Below, one piece after another: positions 19,501 through 28,109 of a stretch of DNA of 35,297 nt. Where the stretch lies: positions 1 to 35,297 of the forward strand of contig JBMSQQ010000029.1 of the NCBI GenBank assembly GCA_049423385.1, written 5' to 3'. The notes beneath the pieces were generated by a model. It had not been told where the DNA came from, made no database searches, and worked only from the letters and a program-made list of their open reading frames with translations. Every line of letters starts with the position of its first letter. The first letter of the stretch is position 1. The DNA is from Silvanigrellaceae bacterium. GTDB taxonomy: Bacteria; Bdellovibrionota_B; Oligoflexia; Silvanigrellales; Silvanigrellaceae. Made by a program: the position numbers and the translations under genes.

Positions 19501-19926
19501 GGAGCTCCCCTCAACGCCAGGGAATTCTTTCGTCCGTTCAAGACCTACATCATCGGAGCAAATGATGGACTTCAGGACATCAGCACTGCCATCGCCGGCA
19601 ATGGCCTGCTCAATTACAGCCTGACCGGCAAGGCGCAATACCGCAACAGCCTCAGCTGGTCGTTTCCGCTCATCAAAAACCTGGATACACGCTTGGCAAT
19701 TGCCTACCTGGAAAAGCTCGATGGCGAGATCGTTTTGAGCCGCGGTGGAACCTCGAATGATTTTTTTCTGAAAAACACCAACAGCATCAGCACAATCACC
19801 GGCTCCATGAGACTGAAGATCGACGTCAAGGGCTACCAGTTGAATCCGTCGATTCTCTATGGGTTTGGCATCGACAAACCCCTGTGGCAACTCTTCACGC
19901 AGATCAAGTTCGACCAGTTCTGGTGA
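16519..19926 (+). CDS. Large exported protein: gluzincin (peptidase MA-like) domain, probable beta-propeller, and C-terminal outer-membrane beta-barrel (Omp85-like)
   Basis: Signal-like N-terminus; HELAH..LPSWWTEGLPEY; beta-rich middle region; acidic/Pro linker; amphipathic strands ending in DQFW. Confidence 0.7.
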   Translation: MMFPRFSNRRAQIHILALTTATTAMLHRSQSAEAVPASILLQSSSTQADVQWGRLENDRFVVYYDSSQKAVANHAMRAVERAYPDMSLLLGAVLKGQPTPPELPESDVLTSNFSKIPIIVSSRSDGASFANFISQSLEIQSSESPPASLFQHELAHRIMYEHIDLNVGPAGRTFMLTMLPSWWTEGLPEYLTESVGRLETQGLLRAMVLNDTFLSWDRLHALYKASGDVSARGYALSGRFFKYFLDKTPGRNLRELHSKLMWRQLIPPFFTGSYFLIRGLTGSWPGDLYESFKKDLKKQILSDLEGMPRLEKIAGANKVFESLSPFSFASLGKTIVQTDFATKSRAGGLVVHQFANENKFKSTGSYLRPLNIAPNDRIVVNPKEWSNGGFWTSQSQKANNRTFGQVVSYYSFRGLLDELSDEKILGRIDFQLGSEAAPPSVQRIVSIAPQNAAALTTLNTETKLYLLNTNLRQHTLLGNWRAPDNVNLVRPHHAHAESESTLCAHVIVNRDEERTSLERLCHGESPQTIIPEGQFYITDAVMLAPDDFVLLTGWNSTQALVHWNKGKVELISGFADFVTSIEPGDQPESLMLRVNTGGNTQLWQTTLKDLRKSYLGWIISRPEKSKWWKVPQYVRYEPPFARYAKAIRKAIGTYKEEKAAIQPPLKPFASTDKKILLADAAPPEAKEDNESEEMAVPSVEVPAPEYLPKIPESSLSKTAIQKVNENRNADVLEVLEEPDPETNSSISIPAPYRFRHWMTYPNALPPFLAGVWTFGFFSRPLVDEMERFYLQLFGTYYYDPDITPTDRLALEMNMVGNRLFDGWKGNVFMRPRFNGLTGCRFPNDPKVYICQLYLRETGADLQLNRRLDLFDSTSDIHARVFQISPSSRGADLGQPSLGAQNALLASVGGTMSFDTWSKTLFDAPVEQLDKRDIGLGGTLRVGVDSTHSLGTAKAGNGLAVSPVGFQNYSLEITNNANYRSHSLTLRNSYSSTGGGAPLNAREFFRPFKTYIIGANDGLQDISTAIAGNGLLNYSLTGKAQYRNSLSWSFPLIKNLDTRLAIAYLEKLDGEIVLSRGGTSNDFFLKNTNSISTITGSMRLKIDVKGYQLNPSILYGFGIDKPLWQLFTQIKFDQFW

Positions 19927-20928
19927 TCAACCAATCGTGTCGAGCCGATCGCTGATGAAGGCGTGCAGCATCTTGAGAAGCACAGGTGTGTTCTTGTGCT
20001 CCTTTGGCGAGATCTTGACCAGGATTTCCACATTGCTCTTGGTAATTTTGAGCTGAAGCCAGTGGGCCAGCTCTTCTGCAATTTGCATGCGAATCTTGGG
20101 GTCGGTTGGCACACCGGGATAGGTTGCCGGCAATGTTGTCACCGGAACATTGTAGGACTCATAGCCGGAGGCACTCGCCTCACCAATGACTGCTTCCAAA
20201 AGGGATATCCATGCGGGTGAAAAATTCTGCGCCGACTGCATGGATGCGCGTGATTGCACTTGCACGAGGAAATCGGTGACGAGCTGAAGCCGGGCACGGG
20301 CAGTCAACACGATGCGGGGTGCTTTTCCCTCGTCACCACGTTTGCTCAACAGCCCATGCTTCTCCATGGTCGTCATGAACCGCACAAAATAATCACGCGA
20401 CCAGCCCGTCAGGCTCATCCACCAATCGAGTGTTGCCTGCCAGTCGAGCCAAACATTGACGCCATCTTTCTGGCCAATCTGATGGGTCAAAAGCTGGATG
20501 ATTCTCAGCGAGCGAACCAATGGAATGAACGGGAAGTCCGAAACTGCAGCCTGGGATGCACCCAGATGGGCTTTTTCAAGTGCTTCCAGCTTGTCGTTTG
20601 TGGTGCGCAAACGGCCGCTCAGACTCTGAAGCATGGTGAACAACCACTTGGGTATCTGGGTCAGCAATTTGTCGAAATCCGCCCGGGTGATTTCATTGAT
20701 TTCCGCCTGCGTCAAAGCCTTGACATGCGCACTCCGAGGCTTCTGATCAAAGAATGCCATTTCTCCAACAATGGCGCCTTCATTCAACAAGGCCAGCTGG
20801 ACTTCCTCATTGCCCTTGAGAAAGTACACTTTCAACGACCCGCGGCGGACGATGTACATGGATGTCGCCTGTTCTCCCGTGCGGAACAGGATCTCTCCCT
20901 CTTTCAAAATTCGCGTCTGTCCGGCCAC
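19927..20928 (-). CDS. Crp/Fnr-family cyclic-nucleotide-binding protein
   Basis: GEILFRTGE, MYIVRRG and GEMAFFDQKPRSA phosphate-binding cassette; HTH-like segment LTGWSRDYFVRFMTTMEKHGLL. Confidence 0.85.
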   Translation of the reverse strand: MAGQTRILKEGEILFRTGEQATSMYIVRRGSLKVYFLKGNEEVQLALLNEGAIVGEMAFFDQKPRSAHVKALTQAEINEITRADFDKLLTQIPKWLFTMLQSLSGRLRTTNDKLEALEKAHLGASQAAVSDFPFIPLVRSLRIIQLLTHQIGQKDGVNVWLDWQATLDWWMSLTGWSRDYFVRFMTTMEKHGLLSKRGDEGKAPRIVLTARARLQLVTDFLVQVQSRASMQSAQNFSPAWISLLEAVIGEASASGYESYNVPVTTLPATYPGVPTDPKIRMQIAEELAHWLQLKITKSNVEILVKISPKEHKNTPVLLKMLHAFISDRLDTIG

Positions 20929-21021
20929 GCACTGATCCCCCTCATCCTCAGTTTTACACCGAACTGTCCGATAGCTGATCGGAAAGACAATCCGACTTTG
21001 ACACCATGAGGAGAGGGCGGA

Positions 21022-22653
21022 ATGAGTCAGGGATCAAAAAAGCCTGCCCGGATTCTTGCACGCGACAAGGCCAGCGATGCCAGGTCGATGAGTGCGGAAC
21101 TCGACAAGCTCGTGACTCACCAGAACGCAAACATCTTCAATTCCGGGACTCCCACTGGCCCGAGGATTCCGGTGTTGATTGTTGAAGATCAGGCGTTGAT
21201 GAGAAAAGCCTTCAAAAGAATTCTCGAACCAACCCATCTGTTCACAATTCAGGAAAGCCAAAGCCCCAAGGATGCCATCCAGTATCTCAGAAACCATGCC
21301 ATCGATCTCGTGATACTTGACTTGTACCTGAGCAAGGGCAGCGGCATTGAAGTGCTCAATTACATCCGCTCACGTCCAATCGCGAACGACATTCCCGTGG
21401 TTTTTGTGACCGGAGAGGCATCGAGGGACGACATCGTTCATGCGATTGAATTGGGCGTGAACGACTACCTCATCAAGCCTTTCGAACCCCAGGATTTGCT
21501 GCTGAAGATTAAACAGGTCCTGGGCCGCTATATCGACCCGCCGGAACGTCTCAGGCAATTGCGTGCTGCTGAAGCTGATTTGATTAGAGGAAACATAGCC
21601 AACGCACATGCGGCATTCATGGCTCTTTATGAACAGGATTCAGAATCGCCCCGGGTGATTGTTGGACTCGCTCAAGCAGAAAGCAGACTGGGCCAGACCG
21701 GCAAAGCCAAGGAACTCATCGAGCGCGCCATACGAATCAGCGACATGTGCTTTCCAGCTTACGCGCTGATGGCCGACCTGTTGATTCTCGAAGGCAAAAA
21801 ACATGAAGCGATTGAATTTCTCCTTCGCGAATTGAGCCTCAACGGCAAACGGGTGGGACGACGGGTTCAGTTGGCCGAACTCTATTTTGAATTGCATGAT
21901 TATCGTGCCGGCCTTGAACAAATGCGGCTTGCACTGATCGACTTTCCCAATGACGAGTCACTACTGCTGAAGACGGCACAGCTCAACATGGAATGCGGCG
22001 ACAACGAGAAGGCTCTGCATTACTTTCTTAAAACCCGACGGAATGTGCCGCGCTCATCCATGGCCCTCAAGGGAATCCTGGATGTTTGTATCAAGCTGGG
22101 AAATCCCAAGCGAGCTCTGCAAATCTTTACCGACTTTTTGAATCAGAAACCCAACCAGGCCGATGTCCTGCATGCGCGAGCCATCGTTCACGAAAAGAAC
22201 AACTCGTTTGACGAAGCCATGGTGGACATTGAAGCTTGCCTGGCCGCAGAACCCGATCAAATCGAGCCCATGACAACCAAAGGTCGCCTGCTGAAAAAGT
22301 CGGGCCAGGAAATGCCTGCACGCATGATTTGGGCATCGCTGACCCGCATGGAGCCAAGCGCAGAGACCATGGCCCAGGTGGGAATGATCAATTATGCGGC
22401 AGGGGACTTCACACAGGCTGCACTGTATTTCGAACGAGCGGTGTTTGCCGAAGCAAATCACGAAAAATCGCTCTATCACCTTGCTCTTTGTTACAAAAAA
22501 CTCGACCAGGTTGGCAAAGCCAAAGCCATATGTCAGCAGGCCTTGGCCCTCGCCAGCAATCCTTACGAATTCACCAAACTCCTCGAGGAACTCAACGGCC
22601 AGAAAGCATCCACTCGAAAAGCAGTCAAGGGTTCCCTTCCGCGAGCCGGATGA
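21022..22653 (+). CDS. Response regulator with a receiver domain and multiple TPRs
   Basis: LIVED, ILDLYL, VTG and YLIKPF, followed by tandem TPR-like helices; GGAG RBS. Confidence 0.9.
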   Translation: MSQGSKKPARILARDKASDARSMSAELDKLVTHQNANIFNSGTPTGPRIPVLIVEDQALMRKAFKRILEPTHLFTIQESQSPKDAIQYLRNHAIDLVILDLYLSKGSGIEVLNYIRSRPIANDIPVVFVTGEASRDDIVHAIELGVNDYLIKPFEPQDLLLKIKQVLGRYIDPPERLRQLRAAEADLIRGNIANAHAAFMALYEQDSESPRVIVGLAQAESRLGQTGKAKELIERAIRISDMCFPAYALMADLLILEGKKHEAIEFLLRELSLNGKRVGRRVQLAELYFELHDYRAGLEQMRLALIDFPNDESLLLKTAQLNMECGDNEKALHYFLKTRRNVPRSSMALKGILDVCIKLGNPKRALQIFTDFLNQKPNQADVLHARAIVHEKNNSFDEAMVDIEACLAAEPDQIEPMTTKGRLLKKSGQEMPARMIWASLTRMEPSAETMAQVGMINYAAGDFTQAALYFERAVFAEANHEKSLYHLALCYKKLDQVGKAKAICQQALALASNPYEFTKLLEELNGQKASTRKAVKGSLPRAG

Positions 22654-22722
22654 TCCACTTGGACCTGTCCTCCTTTTCGTGAGAATGTGTTCGACTGTAT
22701 GGAATGAACAGAGGGTTGGAGC

Positions 22723-23136
22723 ATGGCACGCGATCAAAAACAAAATCAGGAACAAGCCTGGCTTTCCCGTGAAGATCTTCAGGACATCGCCAAAATCGGC
22801 GGCGATCTGCTCAAGCGAACTGTCAGTTCAGGGTTCGACGTGCTCAAGGATGTGACCGACACACTCCCCAAGGATGCACAACAAATCATTTCGCGCAGTC
22901 GGGAAGAGGTTCTCAAGGGAATATCGCGCGAGTTTGCCCAGAATCTCGTTTCTCTCGCTGTCGACAGAGTGTTTGCTGCAGTGCGGGCGCATCGACTCGA
23001 TATTTCCATCCGGGTCCGAAAGGATTCGGACAAAGAATCCGCTGTGGCAGATTCCAAGCAGAGTCATGAATCAGAAAACGACTCTCCTCGCCAAGCGACT
23101 AAAAAGAGTCATCCGGGCCGCCATCATCATCCTTGA
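22723..23136 (+). CDS. Hypothetical helical protein
   Basis: ATG with upstream GAGGG/GGAG; amphipathic helices and a charged tail. Confidence 0.65.
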   Translation: MARDQKQNQEQAWLSREDLQDIAKIGGDLLKRTVSSGFDVLKDVTDTLPKDAQQIISRSREEVLKGISREFAQNLVSLAVDRVFAAVRAHRLDISIRVRKDSDKESAVADSKQSHESENDSPRQATKKSHPGRHHHP

Positions 23137-23377
23137 CCTGAAAATTTGAGGCCGGCGGTCGTCCACCATTCTTGATAATCTGCTCTATGACAGGTCTGCA
23201 GCGAGTCGCCCCGCATCCACCATTGCCACTGCCGGTCGCCTTGTTGACCTCTTCAACGGTTGAGCATCCTGCCTGCACGGCATCGCAGATGCGGGACATC
23301 TTGATACCCTTGCAGATGCAGACAACCCGCACTCGTGCCTTGATTTCTTCCAGGGTTGGTTTCTTGTTGTCGGACAT
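23099..23377 (-). CDS. BFD-like [2Fe-2S] ferredoxin
   Basis: VVCICKGI...ATGSGNGGCGATRC; the ATG directly follows the panB TGA. Confidence 0.88.
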   Translation of the reverse strand: MSDNKKPTLEEIKARVRVVCICKGIKMSRICDAVQAGCSTVEEVNKATGSGNGGCGATRCRPVIEQIIKNGGRPPASNFQVKDDDGGPDDSF

Positions 23378-24199
23378 TCACTTTTTCGTGGGGAATGTTC
23401 CAGCCCCAACGTCCTTGCAATAATCTTGAACCGCGCCAACAACGATTTTTTCGAGTTCAGCGAAATGCTTCAAGAACTTGGGTTTGAAATCGAGATTCAT
23501 TCCGAGCATATCCTGGAGCACAAGTATCTGCCCATCGCATTCGTTTCCAGAGCCAATTCCAATCGTCGGAACAGTGCATTGCGATGTGACGAATGCTGCC
23601 GTCTGCTCGTCCACAAGCTCCAGGACTATGGCAAAGCATCCCGCTTCAACCAATCGGCGCACGTCTTCCGCGAGGCGCCCCCTGGACTCCTGTGTCTTTC
23701 CCTGAATGCGGTATCCGCCCAGGGCATGAACACTTTGCGGGATCAGTCCTACATGCCCCATGACAGGAATGCCGTGGGTGACGAGTCGTTCGATTTGCCG
23801 ACAAATGTCCGGACTTGCTCCTTCGATTTTAACAGCCTCTGCCCCGGATCGCATGAGTTTTTCGACATCTGAAAACAATCTTTGGTCGACAAATCCTGCG
23901 CTCGCAAAAGGCACATCGGCCACCAACAGGGGAGTGCGCAGGGCCCGGGCAACGCACCGGGTGTGATAGGCAATGTCATCGGCCGTGACAGTGACAGTCG
24001 AATCTCCGCCTTGCATGACATGCCCAAGACTGTCGCCAACCAGCACGATGTCGATATCGGATTTTTCAAGCAGACGAGCAAAAGTTGCGTCATAGCAAGT
24101 CAGGGCCTTGAGCGGTTCGCCCCCTTTTCGCGACAGAATATCGGGTACCCTGCGCTTTTTGCGTTGCGCCGATTGTTCATTGTTCGCAGCATAAGACAT
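23378..24199 (-). CDS. panB: 3-methyl-2-oxobutanoate hydroxymethyltransferase
   Basis: LTCYD, LVGDSLG, AVKIEG, GHVGLIPQ and TIGIGSG..DGQILV; GGAG/GAGG RBS before 24199. Confidence 0.97.
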   Translation of the reverse strand: MSYAANNEQSAQRKKRRVPDILSRKGGEPLKALTCYDATFARLLEKSDIDIVLVGDSLGHVMQGGDSTVTVTADDIAYHTRCVARALRTPLLVADVPFASAGFVDQRLFSDVEKLMRSGAEAVKIEGASPDICRQIERLVTHGIPVMGHVGLIPQSVHALGGYRIQGKTQESRGRLAEDVRRLVEAGCFAIVLELVDEQTAAFVTSQCTVPTIGIGSGNECDGQILVLQDMLGMNLDFKPKFLKHFAELEKIVVGAVQDYCKDVGAGTFPTKK

Positions 24200-24304
24200 A
24201 TGATCCTCACTCCGATGCCCGCCATGTGGACACATCAAAATCCTTACCATACAACTTGCGGCTGGGCATCGTGCTTATCAAAAAACACCCGTGCGAGGGT
24301 TTTC

Positions 24305-24979
24305 ATGACTTCGGCCGAACGCACCCTGTTTTGGACAGCGGACTCGCCATACAGCAGAATTGTGCTTTGGGCAGTGTGCGAAAGCGACAATCTCAATTTA
24401 AACCTCGTTCATCTGAACTGGGCTGAGCTGAACGACACTTCCTGGGCTGGAAAAAATCTTGGCCCGGAGCTGACGGTTCCATGCCTGTCGGATGGTCAAT
24501 CCCACATCACCTGCGACAGCCTGAGGATTCTTGCCACACTGCAAAAATCGAAATTCCACGACTGGTTCGTGTCCGCAGATGGTGCACTCCACCGCTTCTC
24601 CGAAGGGCAGTTGGGACGCATCATGTACGCGCTTTATGATGGTGTTGAGCAAGCAAAAATACACCCTCTCTGGTTGAGGGCCATCGAATCTGCATGCCGT
24701 CTCATCGAAAACCTGAATCGACACGACACTGAGTCTTCACATGCCTCAACCGGACAAATCGCTCTTCACACTTTTTTAAGCTTTTGTGTCGGACTTCGAC
24801 ACGAACTGCAAAAAGAAATTCCGCCTCAGCTCAGAAAAGTGCTGGTCGGCCTGGAACAGACGCCATCCTTTGCGGCACTCAACGCCCGACTCAAAACCCA
24901 TGCTCATTTGATTCGTTGCGATGCCTTCTCACGATCACCTGCAGACGGTGGTGCATCATCCACGGACGCCGCGCGATAG
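24305..24979 (+). CDS. Glutathione S-transferase-like protein
   Basis: GST N-terminal pattern DSPYSRIV...VPCL...DSLRI followed by a helical C-domain; start at ATG 24305 within ORF 23882..24979. Confidence 0.65.
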   Translation: MTSAERTLFWTADSPYSRIVLWAVCESDNLNLNLVHLNWAELNDTSWAGKNLGPELTVPCLSDGQSHITCDSLRILATLQKSKFHDWFVSADGALHRFSEGQLGRIMYALYDGVEQAKIHPLWLRAIESACRLIENLNRHDTESSHASTGQIALHTFLSFCVGLRHELQKEIPPQLRKVLVGLEQTPSFAALNARLKTHAHLIRCDAFSRSPADGGASSTDAAR

Positions 24980-26514
24980 CAGAGAGCTCCGGCTCCCAAC
25001 ATCAAGGGACGAATCCTGTCGGACGGAATTGCAAAATTGATGTTTTGCGCACCTGCTTCATTCAAAAATCCAAAAATGATTCCAAGCAGATTGCCACGTT
25101 CATCAAATACCGCACCGCCGCTGCTGCCCTTGGAAATGGGGGCATCAAATTGAATCAAGTCAGGCCTCAAACCACTCAAAAGCCCTTGCGCAATGGTGCG
25201 CGTCAACCGCTCGGGATTTGCGAGTGCGAATATCTTGCTGCCCGTTTCCGCCATTGGAGTCGTGGCTGCCACAGGCATGGGTGCAAATCCAATCACCCCA
25301 TTGAGGGTGAGCTCGGATGGCTCAACCGGCACAAAGTAAATTGCAAGGTCAACGCTGTTGTCAGTTGGAAAACACACCCCGGCTATAGGCTTCTTGAACA
25401 TGGTTTGTCCGCGCGGGTCGACACCATAGCCAATCTCCATGCGACGGGTCCCTTCCATCACATGCGCATTCGAGACAATGACAAGATAAGAACCCGGCGC
25501 AAGGGAGGTCGGTTCCTGGCTGCTGGCAGCATGATCCACTGTTGATGATTCACCAGCAGTGCCTGCGGAGCTTGTGGCCGCTGGCGTGGGTATTGGGGCG
25601 AGGAATGGATAATTCACCTGGACGTCCTGCAGGGACGTTCGCAAGATTGCGTCCTCGGGGCGATTCCACAATGTTCCCAGAATCACTCCCGAACCATAAT
25701 TGCCATCACCTATAATTTCGACGAGCGATGAACTGCGCGCCTTGAAAATCTCGCGACCATCCATTGGCGGAGGAAGCGCTGATTGCAGCAAAGAAGTTGG
25801 CGCCTGACTTGTGGGTGTCACTCCAAAAACACTTGATCCCGACACTGTGCCAATGGACCCCTGGGCTCCGGGTTGTGAGCCTGAGCCAATGCTCTGCGAC
25901 GGTTGTGCTGGCGGCACCGGATTCACTGGAGTCGCCGGATTCACTGGTGTCACCGACAATGCCACGGATGGAGTTGAATTTTCCGGAATGGGCTGAGGGC
26001 TTGTCTGCATTTGCCCGTGGCCTGACGCAATCTGCGGTTGAAATTCAAGCTCGTTTTTGATGTATCCACGCCGCTTGAGTTCGGTCAGATTGTTGTGCGC
26101 CGCATCGTAGCCCTGGCTCGCTGCTCGCCTGTACCACATCACTGCAGTCGGCAAATCCTTTGCGGTCGCATCATCGGACCACAAGGGATCGGACATCAGG
26201 CCCAACATGTTCATCGCCCGTGCATCGCCGGACTCCGCAGCCCGGGTCAGGTATTGTTTTGCCAACGAACGATTCCGGGTGACCTGATCACCCAGAAAAT
26301 AACGCATACCCAAAACGTATGAAGAGCGAGGGTCACCTGCATCGGCTCGCGTCTGCAGATCCTCGGCTGCAACGGGCTGAACGGCAGGCGCAGAACCAGG
26401 CGACACGGAAGACATCGAATCCGCTTGCACGGCTTTGCCGTTCGCAACCGCCAAAAAGGTCAGCGTTGCAAAACCAATCAACCAGCCCAGCGGATTCGTC
26501 GATCGCATGATCAA
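24904..26514 (-). CDS. Exported Sel1-repeat plus trypsin-like (S1C-type, no PDZ) serine protease
   Basis: Signal peptide; two Sel1 repeats; Pro/Ser/Gln linker; catalytic triad motifs SNAHV, VDLA and ISKGSSGG. Confidence 0.9.
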   Translation of the reverse strand: MIMRSTNPLGWLIGFATLTFLAVANGKAVQADSMSSVSPGSAPAVQPVAAEDLQTRADAGDPRSSYVLGMRYFLGDQVTRNRSLAKQYLTRAAESGDARAMNMLGLMSDPLWSDDATAKDLPTAVMWYRRAASQGYDAAHNNLTELKRRGYIKNELEFQPQIASGHGQMQTSPQPIPENSTPSVALSVTPVNPATPVNPVPPAQPSQSIGSGSQPGAQGSIGTVSGSSVFGVTPTSQAPTSLLQSALPPPMDGREIFKARSSSLVEIIGDGNYGSGVILGTLWNRPEDAILRTSLQDVQVNYPFLAPIPTPAATSSAGTAGESSTVDHAASSQEPTSLAPGSYLVIVSNAHVMEGTRRMEIGYGVDPRGQTMFKKPIAGVCFPTDNSVDLAIYFVPVEPSELTLNGVIGFAPMPVAATTPMAETGSKIFALANPERLTRTIAQGLLSGLRPDLIQFDAPISKGSSGGAVFDERGNLLGIIFGFLNEAGAQNINFAIPSDRIRPLMLGAGALCYRAASVDDAPPSAGDREKASQRIK

Positions 26515-27693
26515 TCAAATTCCTTTTTCTAGTTCGATCAATCGTTGAACGGACTTTTCTGCAATCTCGGCAAAACGCATCCTCATGGGATGACCATCAA
26601 TCATCGTGAGCGGTTGTCCAGCATCTCCTGCCTGACGAAGTTCGCCAGTCAGAGGCACGTGTCCCAACACCGGAACCTCGAATCTGTGTGACACCTTTTC
26701 GGCACCACCCTGACCAAAAATCTCCGACTCCACACCGCAGGCTGGGCAATGGAACGAAGACATGTTTTCGACCACACCCAGAATCGGCACTTCCGTTTTC
26801 TGGAACATGACGATGCCCTTGACGGCATCCAACAAGGCAACATTTTGCGGCGTGGTGACGATCACCGAGCCAGCGATGGGCAAGCTTTGAACGAGCGTGA
26901 GCTGTGCGTCACCAGTTCCAGGCGGAAGGTCGATCACAAGAAAATCGAGCTCACCCCATTCGACGTCATAGAAAAACTGCTGCAAGGCTTTCATGACCAT
27001 GGGGCCGCGCCAAATCACGGCACTCTCTTCAGGTGCAAAGAAGCCAAACGACATGATCTTGAGGCCAAATTTTTCAGGCGGAACGATTTTGTTTGATTCG
27101 TTGACTTGCGGGTCGTCACCTACTCCCAGCATCATCGGAATGCTGGGCCCGTAAATATCGGCGTCCAGAAGTCCAACCTTGTAGCCTTGGTTGTGAAGAG
27201 CCATGGCGAGATTCACACTGACTGTGCTCTTGCCGACTCCGCCTTTTCCACTGGCAACTGCAATCACCCTGCGGACTCCGGGAATAGCCCGCTTGCCGGA
27301 TGCCGCTTTTCCAGGTGCCTTTTGCTCGTGAGAGTGCGCATGACCATGATGATGATCGTGGGCATGACCATGGGAGTGGACGTTGCCGGCCCCAGCGTTG
27401 GACGGCTTTGCTTGGGCGGTGGAGGCCGTCTTGTCACGACGCTCCATGTAGATTTTCAATTCGCCGGACTGGACAGGCATTGCCCGGACGGCATCGCGAA
27501 TAAAATTCTCGACAGCGATTTTGTTTTGCAGTGACAAGCCGTCACTAAAGAAGCGAAGCATCAGCTGGCCTTCACTGGCCTCAACCGAATGCAGGCGCTC
27601 CGCCCATTTGAATTCCCCAAGCTGTGTTCGCAAAGCCTCGGGAAGATCGGCCTGCAGTCCACGCAACGACGTCAACAATTGTTCCATGTTCAT
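26515..27693 (-). CDS. apbC: Mrp/ApbC (NBP35-family) Fe-S cluster carrier ATPase with a His-rich linker
   Basis: SGKGGVGKST, DADIYGPS, WRGPM, DLPPGTGD, ENMS and CPAC; the ATG overlaps the upstream stop (TGATG). Confidence 0.95.
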   Translation of the reverse strand: MNMEQLLTSLRGLQADLPEALRTQLGEFKWAERLHSVEASEGQLMLRFFSDGLSLQNKIAVENFIRDAVRAMPVQSGELKIYMERRDKTASTAQAKPSNAGAGNVHSHGHAHDHHHGHAHSHEQKAPGKAASGKRAIPGVRRVIAVASGKGGVGKSTVSVNLAMALHNQGYKVGLLDADIYGPSIPMMLGVGDDPQVNESNKIVPPEKFGLKIMSFGFFAPEESAVIWRGPMVMKALQQFFYDVEWGELDFLVIDLPPGTGDAQLTLVQSLPIAGSVIVTTPQNVALLDAVKGIVMFQKTEVPILGVVENMSSFHCPACGVESEIFGQGGAEKVSHRFEVPVLGHVPLTGELRQAGDAGQPLTMIDGHPMRMRFAEIAEKSVQRLIELEKGI

Positions 27694-27917
27694 CACCAAA
27701 CCTGCTCGATGCCTTTGACCTCGGGAACGAGGTCCATCAACATTTTCTCGACGCCCTCGTAAAGCGTCAGTGCACTCGAAGGGCAATGTGCACACGCGCC
27801 GACAAGACGCACCTTGACGATACCGTCTTCGACGTCGACCAGCTCAATATCGCCGCCATCGGCCTGCAGGGCCGGGCGTACCTTGGTTTCGATGATGTCC
27901 TGAATTTTGGCGATCAT
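27693..27917 (-). CDS. NifU C-terminal (Nfu) domain Fe-S carrier
   Basis: VRPALQADGGDIELV and LVGACAHCPSS; GAGGGG RBS before 27917. Confidence 0.95.
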   Translation of the reverse strand: MIAKIQDIIETKVRPALQADGGDIELVDVEDGIVKVRLVGACAHCPSSALTLYEGVEKMLMDLVPEVKGIEQVW

Positions 27918-28109
27918 GGGGTCACCCCTCTGGTTGAATGGAGCACCGCAAAACAACGGTTCCCGCAGTACTACCAACATAATCGTCAGAAACCATGGGT
28001 CAAGACTGAATTTTTTGAGGGGCCAAACGCTTTGTCCATCGGTTCCCGCATGTTAACCTTTGAAGAACAACGGCTTTGATTGCCCAGACTTGTACCACCC
28101 GGAGAGGAT

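Noticed and set aside
23882..24304. Upstream part of ORF 23882..24979
   Set aside because: It is mostly antisense to panB; the GST-like motif begins at ATG 24305.
27694..27795. Extended mrp N-terminus
   Set aside because: It overlaps the nfu gene; TGATG coupling supports 27693.
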